Positions 58,081-64,000 of a DNA stretch of 64,000 nucleotides are shown piece by piece. Under the pieces are notes generated by a model. It was not told the DNA's origin, searched no databases, and saw nothing but the letters and a program-made list of their open reading frames with translations. A program made the position numbers and the translations under genes. Origin of the DNA: a candidate division WWE3 bacterium (lineage in GTDB: Bacteria > Patescibacteriota > WWE3 > UBA101185 > UBA10185); contig JBPOHV010000001.1 of assembly GCA_052035175.1 (NCBI GenBank), positions 41,569 through 105,568 of the forward strand. Reading direction: 5' to 3'. The number at the start of each line of letters is the position of its first letter. Within the stretch, counting starts at the first letter, position 1.

Positions 58081-58131
58081 GCCCAGAGATCACATAACTA
58101 TACAAGCTTCGTTTAATAAAGGGCCTAGCCC
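58074..58131. terminator. Bidirectional hairpin between convergent genes (GGGCTAGGCCC ... GGGCCTAGCCC inverted repeat)
   Basis: 11-bp GC-rich arms with a ~36-nt loop. Lies between the stop codons at 58080 (+) and 58140 (-). Confidence 0.4.
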
Positions 58132-58139
58132 TATGGCAA

Positions 58140-60971
58140 CTATCCCTTATATGCAAAAGGGCAAATGTCTTTGAAGTCACACCATTTGCAGTGCATACCC
58201 GGGTGAGCTTCGAAAACTCCAGACTTGATTTTATCTATAGTTTCTTTTACCTCTTGTTTTTTTTCATCGATGTCTTTTTGAGTGCGTGTTGTAGAAAGCT
58301 TTTCATTACTTTCAACAAAATAGTAAGTAAGTTTTTTTGGCGTGTATCCCAAAGCCTCCTTTGCTGCTAATGCATAAAAAGTGACTTGCGCATCTTTGTC
58401 GATCTCTTTTTGTGTTTTGGTTTGACCGGTTTTATAATCGATAATTTCGACACCATCCTCTAGTTGGTCTATACGGTCTATTTTGCCCAAAAACTTTATT
58501 CCATCAATCCAGACATTAAAGCTTTTTTCCAACGCCAAATGTTTTGGGTGTTCATTTTTATTTTGTTCATAATATCTTTCCAATAGTTTTTTACCTTCTT
58601 CAAATCTCAATTGTCTGTGTTTATCGTCAAAATATCCCAGAGGTTCCCACTTTGTTTTATAAATATCAAAAAGTTCTTCTAACGAAACATCTTTTGCCAT
58701 CTTTTTCATGTGAAAATCTTGTAATGTCGCATGTATGGTGTTTCCAAAACTAAACACATGGTTTGGTGCTACAGGTATGTTAAGAACGTACTTATATTTA
58801 TATTGCAGCCCGCATGTTTCATATGTATCTATTTGTGAATAGCTTAAGAATGGTGGAGAAAACTTTATTACACCTTTTCTGAAGTCAGTATCATGACCAA
58901 ATAGGCCTTGCTCAGATGTTGCTCCAGCAACGTATAACTCTGTTTTTAAGTGAGTTTCATCAAGATATCCTGTAGGAGTTGTTTCTTTTTTTCCTCCGTA
59001 GTCTTTGGAGTATGTTAAATACAATACATTCTTTGCACGCGTCATACCAACATAAAATAATCTACGTTCTTCTTGTATATGCTCATTGCCTGTAGGAAGA
59101 GATTCTTTTATAAGTTCATCTGGGATCTCAATTTGATCACCTTTATTTTTTGTGGGAAATCTACCTTGTACGAGATTTACCATAAATACAACTGGGTATT
59201 CCAACCCTTTGGCAGCGTGCACTGTAAGTAAATTTATTGTGTCTATATCTTCAATTTGTGCTTGTGCAGGGTTTTCACCAGCTTCAACAATAAGATCTAA
59301 ATAATCAACTAATTCGATTATGTTTGGCGCTACACCATTTTCACCGTGATAATCATTTTCAAATTGTTTGACGCGCTGTGCAAATAAATCTAGATTTTTT
59401 ATGCATAAGTGTGATTCAACACTTTCATTTTCCAAAAATTGTTGTAAATAATTTATATTGTTTACGAGAAAGAATAAAAATTCTACAGGCGCACTTTTGT
59501 GCAATTGCTCTTGAAGTATTGTAATCTTTTCGACAAATTGTTTGATGGTTTCGTCTTCTGATGCTTTTATAACTTCCCATAAGAAAGTTTTTTTAAATTT
59601 TGCTTGCGCAATATGTTTGCCTACCAAATCGTACGGGATCTCTAAACTTTGTATTGTAAGTACTCGGTAAAGATTAACTCCATCAAAAGGATTGATGAGT
59701 ATTTTTAAAAATGCTATCAGATCTTTGATTTCATCACGATCGTACAAGCCTCTATTTCCTACAAGTTGATACGGTAATCCAGCTTGTCGTAAACCTAGAA
59801 CAAAAGGTTCTAAATGATTATTCGCTCTAGCCAAAATAGCAATATCTTTAAAGTTTATTTCTGGGTTTGAGGAGATAACACTTTTTATCTCGTTTACTAC
59901 AAATTCAACCTCATCTGTTAGTGATTGAGCTTCTACTATCTTTGATTCTTTTGAGTTATCTAAATCTTCATTGGCTTGTATGAGTTTCTTGGATATCCCA
60001 AGTTTTACTTCTAATGTGTCAGGATTATTATTTTGTATTACATTATATGAACTGTCTAAAATAGTTTGAAGAGATCGATAATTTTCTGTGAGTGTTGTCA
60101 TTTTTGCTTTTGGGTAGTCTTTCATAAATTCTAAAATGTTCGAAACAGCAGCCCCTCTAAATTTATATATTGATTGCGAGTCGTCTCCTACTACTACAAG
60201 TGATCTCTTACTATTGTCATCTTTGGTGTACAACATTTTGATCAAAATATATTGTGCATAGTTTGTGTCTTGAAACTCATCTACCAAAATATGTTCAAAT
60301 TGCTTTTTATATTTTTCCAAGATATGTGGACGTGTTTCAAATAGTTTAATTGTCCAAGAAATGAGATCTCCAAAGTCCATATAATTATTTTTAATTTTTA
60401 ATTCTGAATAAGCTTTGTATATATAGGCTAATTCGTGCCAGCGCTGTTTTTCTTCAACATCGTCGACAGAATGTTCAGCGTATGTGCTGATTTCTTTTTC
60501 TGTAATACATTCGTCTTGTAAGCGTGAAACAAATTTTATAATTGCAGAAATAAATTTTGTCGGATTACCAAGTGGTCTAAAGTATTTCAAATCTAGGTCA
60601 AAAATATTTTTGCGCAAAAGTAACCATTGTTCTGGTGAACTTATTATTTTATAAGAAGTATCAAGCCCAATTTCCAAAGCTTCGTTGCGCAGTATTCTGT
60701 CTGCAAATGAGTGAAATGTGTAGACCCATGGTTCTTCGTATCCCAGTGGCATGATATCTCCTATACGTTGTGTCATTTCTGCTGATGCTTTTTCTGTAAA
60801 TGTAAGCGCCAATATATTTTGTGATCCTACTTTTTGTTTTTGTATAAGGTGGCTTATACGTTCTGTGATAACGCGAGTTTTCCCAGTACCTGCACCAGCT
60901 ACTACAAGTAGTGGCCCTGATTTATGTTGAATCGCTGACTTTTGATTTGCGTTTAGGTTAAGTTTATCCAC
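58140..60971 (-). CDS. UvrD-family helicase fused to a C-terminal PD-(D/E)xK Cas4/AddB-like nuclease with a 4-Cys cluster
   Basis: VVAGAGTGKTRVI, DEFQDTN, HAAKGLEYP. The C-terminus has IIDYKTG plus ETCG...CKWCDFKDICP (C-x2-C-x5-C plus an upstream C). Confidence 0.8.
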   Translation of the reverse strand: MDKLNLNANQKSAIQHKSGPLLVVAGAGTGKTRVITERISHLIQKQKVGSQNILALTFTEKASAEMTQRIGDIMPLGYEEPWVYTFHSFADRILRNEALEIGLDTSYKIISSPEQWLLLRKNIFDLDLKYFRPLGNPTKFISAIIKFVSRLQDECITEKEISTYAEHSVDDVEEKQRWHELAYIYKAYSELKIKNNYMDFGDLISWTIKLFETRPHILEKYKKQFEHILVDEFQDTNYAQYILIKMLYTKDDNSKRSLVVVGDDSQSIYKFRGAAVSNILEFMKDYPKAKMTTLTENYRSLQTILDSSYNVIQNNNPDTLEVKLGISKKLIQANEDLDNSKESKIVEAQSLTDEVEFVVNEIKSVISSNPEINFKDIAILARANNHLEPFVLGLRQAGLPYQLVGNRGLYDRDEIKDLIAFLKILINPFDGVNLYRVLTIQSLEIPYDLVGKHIAQAKFKKTFLWEVIKASEDETIKQFVEKITILQEQLHKSAPVEFLFFLVNNINYLQQFLENESVESHLCIKNLDLFAQRVKQFENDYHGENGVAPNIIELVDYLDLIVEAGENPAQAQIEDIDTINLLTVHAAKGLEYPVVFMVNLVQGRFPTKNKGDQIEIPDELIKESLPTGNEHIQEERRLFYVGMTRAKNVLYLTYSKDYGGKKETTPTGYLDETHLKTELYVAGATSEQGLFGHDTDFRKGVIKFSPPFLSYSQIDTYETCGLQYKYKYVLNIPVAPNHVFSFGNTIHATLQDFHMKKMAKDVSLEELFDIYKTKWEPLGYFDDKHRQLRFEEGKKLLERYYEQNKNEHPKHLALEKSFNVWIDGIKFLGKIDRIDQLEDGVEIIDYKTGQTKTQKEIDKDAQVTFYALAAKEALGYTPKKLTYYFVESNEKLSTTRTQKDIDEKKQEVKETIDKIKSGVFEAHPGMHCKWCDFKDICPFAYKG

Positions 60972-61034
60972 GATAAAGGTATTTTATCATTGATCCGTTG
61001 TACACAGTTTGCTGGTGTTATAATAGTTTAGCTT

Positions 61035-62171
61035 ATGAATATTTTACTCATAATTCTTTCCGTTTTTAGTGGTGTTGGTATAGCTCTTGGCTTTGTTTAT
61101 ATGTTCAAAGACAAATTCTTTGGGCAATCGATTGACCACACTGCTTTACTTGAACAAAAGCTAAATGAAATATTTCCTCAGGCTTTGAAAATGGCTACCG
61201 AACAGCTTGTCGCTGTTTCAGATCAAAAGCTTGATGCTAAACAAGAGGTTATTCAAAATGATTTAGCAAATAAAAAAGGTGCAATCGAAGATCTTATAAA
61301 AGGTATAAAGGCAGAACTTGATAATAGTAATAAAAAACTAGAAACCGCAGAAAAAGAACGTGTGGGTTCGTTTAGGGAAATAAAGGCAGAGTTAGAAAAT
61401 CAAAGAAAAATTTCAGAACAACTTTCTGTGACTACAGATAACCTGCGTAAAGTTTTATCAAATAATCAGTTGCGAGGTCAATTTGGTGAGCAAGTCGCTG
61501 AAGAACTTTTGCGTATGACCGGATTTGTGCGAGGAGTTGATTATGATTACAATATTGCGCAAGGTACGGGTACACGCCCAGATTTCACAATATTCTTACC
61601 AGATGGTGTAAAAATAAATGTTGATGCAAAATTCCCATATTCCAATTTGCAAAAATATCTCGAGCATGAAGACAAAGAATCACAATCTGTTTATTTAAAA
61701 CATTTCGAAACAGATATCAAAGAAAAAATAAAACAAGTAACCTCACGCGATTATATAAATCCTGAAGATAATACAGTTGACTTTGTACTTCTATTTATTC
61801 CAAATGAAATGATCTTTTCTTTCATTTATGAAAAGATGAACAGTGTCTGGGAAGAAGGCATGCGTAAAAAAGTAGTTTTTGTCGGCCCTTTTAGTTTTAC
61901 CGCAACACTTAGATTGGTAAGACAATCGTATGCCAATTTTAAAACTCAAAACAACTTACACAAAATAGTTTCTATGATAAATGAGTTTGATAAAGAGTTC
62001 TCGAAATATAACGAAGAATTTATAAAAATAGGTGAAAGAATCAAATCGCTAAGTAAGCAATACGATGAGGTCGATACCACAAGAACTCGCCAACTAGTAA
62101 AGATTGTTGAAAAGATCCATTTACAAGAACCTCAAGAATTACCTTTGTTACAAGAAACCTCTACTCTATAG
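61035..62171 (+). CDS. rmuC: DNA recombination protein RmuC
   Basis: N-terminal TM, long coiled coil, and the RmuC C-terminal nuclease-like domain (RPDFTIFLPDG...VDAKFP). Confidence 0.75.
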   Translation: MNILLIILSVFSGVGIALGFVYMFKDKFFGQSIDHTALLEQKLNEIFPQALKMATEQLVAVSDQKLDAKQEVIQNDLANKKGAIEDLIKGIKAELDNSNKKLETAEKERVGSFREIKAELENQRKISEQLSVTTDNLRKVLSNNQLRGQFGEQVAEELLRMTGFVRGVDYDYNIAQGTGTRPDFTIFLPDGVKINVDAKFPYSNLQKYLEHEDKESQSVYLKHFETDIKEKIKQVTSRDYINPEDNTVDFVLLFIPNEMIFSFIYEKMNSVWEEGMRKKVVFVGPFSFTATLRLVRQSYANFKTQNNLHKIVSMINEFDKEFSKYNEEFIKIGERIKSLSKQYDEVDTTRTRQLVKIVEKIHLQEPQELPLLQETSTL

Positions 62172-62239
62172 CATATTCCAATTTCACTAGAATATACTCT
62201 CTTTCAAAAACATGTTTTTTTGTTTGAATACTATGTGGC

Positions 62240-62311
62240 GGGCCCGAATCTGGTGGTTGATATTGCCTTAAGAACCAGGGTTTGTGGGTTCGATTCCCAT
62301 CGGGTCCACCA
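62240..62311 (+). tRNA. tRNA-like element with a canonical T-arm (GTGGG-TTCGATT-CCCAT), 7-bp acceptor (GGGCCCG/CGGGTCC) and encoded CCA. The D/anticodon region is non-canonical (37 nt).
   Basis: GGTTCGATTCC-CATCGGGTCC-A-CCA 3' end. The 5' GGGCCCG pairs with the 3' CGGGTCC. Only 37 nt lie between the acceptor and the T-stem, and no standard anticodon arm can be folded. Confidence 0.4.
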
Positions 62312-62395
62312 TGATAATATAGTTTGACATACAACAATCAACATTGTATAGTCTATATACTTAAGGCAAGGGAATTCCACTAGAATAACCCTGGT

Positions 62396-62427
62396 ACAAA
62401 AAAAGATCTCGAAAGAGGTCTTTTTTG
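62396..62427. terminator. Bidirectional rho-independent terminator (AGATCTC-gaaa-GAGGTCT flanked by A-run and T-run)
   Basis: caaaaaaAGATCTCgaaaGAGGTCTtttttt. Confidence 0.6.
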
Positions 62428-62469
62428 TTTCCCACTGTTTAATTGTCTACAACATAGTAAAATCTATGT

Positions 62470-62850
62470 ATGCCATCTTTTTTATGGACAATTGTATTCT
62501 TTTGTATTTTTCTGTGGTCTTGTTTTGGATATATACTTGTATGGCTTGCACCGACATCATTTAGCACCATTATAGGATTTCTAGGAGTATTCTTTTTGGC
62601 TACCTCATTTACACTATCACTTCCGTTATTTTTCTTAATCCGTGCCAAATCGTACCATGCAGTTACAAACACACGCACCATTTACCGTAGAGCTTTGGCT
62701 TGGGGAGGCTTTGGGTCATTTGGGGTTACTGGGTTGTTTACTTTACGTGCATTTGATATTTTCAACATATTAAACGGTGGGTTGTTTTGTTTGTTGTATA
62801 TAGGTATTTATTTTTATCTAAAAGATATTACGAAAGTGCATACTCATTAA
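62470..62850 (+). CDS. Small polytopic membrane protein, translationally coupled (TAATG) to tatD
   Basis: 126 aa, 4 TM. The stop overlaps the tatD ATG. Confidence 0.45.
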   Translation: MPSFLWTIVFFCIFLWSCFGYILVWLAPTSFSTIIGFLGVFFLATSFTLSLPLFFLIRAKSYHAVTNTRTIYRRALAWGGFGSFGVTGLFTLRAFDIFNILNGGLFCLLYIGIYFYLKDITKVHTH

Positions 62851-63638
62851 TGTTGATAGATACACACTGTCATTTGACAGATGAAAAATATACAAATGTA
62901 GATATTATTTTACAAAACGCTGCACACGCAGGGATAGACCAGCTGATAACTATTGCAACATCTTTGAGTAATGCGCGTCTTTGCATTCAAATAGCCGAAA
63001 AGTACCCAAGTGTGTTTGCTGCTGTTGGCGTGTATCCCCATGAAGATTTGGATTCAGATGCTACCGACATAGAGCGAGAACTTATAAACGCATTATTTAT
63101 GCACGCTGATAAGATTGTAGCGATAGGTGAGTGTGGTATCGATTTTGGTGATCACTATAATCCAGCAGAACTTCGTACTTTAGATAAGCAAGTAGAACTT
63201 TTTGAATTGCAGTTGAATTTGGCCTCAAAAAATAATCTACCTGTTGTTATTCATAATCGGAACGGTGATGATTATGTGCTTTCTGCCTTGGCAAAGTTTC
63301 CGAATGTAGCAGGTGTAGCGCATTGTTTTTCACAAGACGTTACTTTTGCAAAAAGGTGTATTGATGCTGGTCTTTATATATCTTTTTCTGGCATGCTGAC
63401 ATATCCAAAAAACACCCATTTGATAGACGTAGCAAAATTTGTACCGCACGACAGAATAGTGGTAGAAACGGATGCACCGTATTTGCCTCCACAAAGTAAG
63501 CGTGGTAGTGTCAATGAGCCAGCCAATATATCTGAAATTGCTATGAAATTAGCTGATATATGGCAAGTGCCTTTAGACGAAGTAGCTGCAGTTACGAGCC
63601 AAAATGCTATTAAATTATTTAAATTGGCAGGACATTAA
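62850..63638 (+). CDS. tatD: TatD-family metal-dependent DNase/hydrolase
   Basis: MLIDTHCHL, GECGIDF, HNRNG, ETDAPYL. Start chosen at the MLIDTHCH Met rather than the longer track ORF. Confidence 0.8.
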   Translation: MLIDTHCHLTDEKYTNVDIILQNAAHAGIDQLITIATSLSNARLCIQIAEKYPSVFAAVGVYPHEDLDSDATDIERELINALFMHADKIVAIGECGIDFGDHYNPAELRTLDKQVELFELQLNLASKNNLPVVIHNRNGDDYVLSALAKFPNVAGVAHCFSQDVTFAKRCIDAGLYISFSGMLTYPKNTHLIDVAKFVPHDRIVVETDAPYLPPQSKRGSVNEPANISEIAMKLADIWQVPLDEVAAVTSQNAIKLFKLAGH

Positions 63639-63641
63639 AAG

Positions 63642-64000
63642 ATGCAAAAAAATATAACAGATCAACCAAAGGCTTTAGATATGTATATGCACAGATTCTT
63701 TGAAGTAATACCAGGTATACTTACCTGGACATTGTTGTTATCGCCATTTTGGCTTGGTTTATTAGCTCCAAAGATCTTAATCTTTTATATTACATTTTTG
63801 ACTGTTTATTGGTTTTATCTAGGGTTCAAATTGGCATATGGCGTGATTATTGGTTATTACCGTCACAAAAAAGAAATGTCTACCGACTGGTATGCTGCTT
63901 GTAAAGCTTTGGACTTTTCTATGTTACCAGACAAGTTAACATTACCGAGTTCACTTGATGAAACAAAACTATTTATATTGTCACCATGTTATTCCGAGTC
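63642..64000 (+). CDS. Partial (5' end only) membrane protein; runs off the window end
   Basis: The ORF from ATG 63642 is open to position 64000. Two predicted TM helices. Not in the supplied track because no stop codon falls in the window. Confidence 0.35.
   Translation, partial: MQKNITDQPKALDMYMHRFFEVIPGILTWTLLLSPFWLGLLAPKILIFYITFLTVYWFYLGFKLAYGVIIGYYRHKKEMSTDWYAACKALDFSMLPDKLTLPSSLDETKLFILSPCYSE

Noticed and set aside
62439-62681. Minus-strand 80-aa ORF overlapping the membrane-protein gene upstream of tatD
   Set aside because: The plus-strand ORF (62470..62850) is a coherent 4-TM protein whose stop overlaps the tatD ATG (TAATG coupling). The minus-strand ORF is likely a shadow.
1-64000. 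Alternative genetic code (UGA recoding as in Gracilibacteria/Absconditabacteria)
   Set aside because: All conserved genes translate full-length with the standard code and terminate where homologs end. No in-frame TGA problems.

Overview
This is a 64 kb chromosomal segment of a low-GC (~33-36%) bacterium using the standard genetic code. Most genes are housekeeping genes on the minus strand (2.6-44.9 kb); plus-strand blocks follow.

Recognised content, from the sequence:
- Aminoacyl-tRNA synthetases: valS and proS, divergently arranged.
- tsaD; a dnaA region with perfect DnaA boxes.
- murT/gatD (lipid II amidation).
- The hrcA-grpE-dnaK heat-shock operon with a CIRCE operator.
- lepA, murJ, rpsT, rplY/ctc.
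- A glycolytic block, gap-pgk-tpiA, with trxA downstream.
- Gram-positive-type envelope genes: a sortase with a PETG-motif substrate, an LCP family protein, a FemAB-family protein and a PBP5-type carboxypeptidase.
- Two UvrD-family helicases (one fused to a Cas4-like Fe-S nuclease), rmuC, ksgA and tatD.

This gene content fits a Patescibacteria/Saccharibacteria-like organism with a Gram-positive-type wall. That assignment is inference only.

Observations worth follow-up:
1. A T-box-like leader with a GUC-A specifier loop upstream of valS.
2. A ferredoxin plus a truncated aldehyde:ferredoxin oxidoreductase (AOR)-family gene inserted between pgk and tpiA.
3. A VirB4-like FtsK/HerA-superfamily ATPase operon that also carries an actin-like ATPase and membrane proteins.
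4. A GC-rich (~45-48%) island at 45.96-48.67 kb. It encodes small membrane proteins. It has three promoter-like regions with CGTTAY direct repeats. It also has two copies of a ~75-nt pseudoknot-like element with compensatory base changes.
5. A tRNA-like element with a canonical T-arm, acceptor and CCA but a non-canonical body.
6. PilN/PilO-like genes next to a sortase locus.

No CRISPR array, rRNA or transposase was seen.
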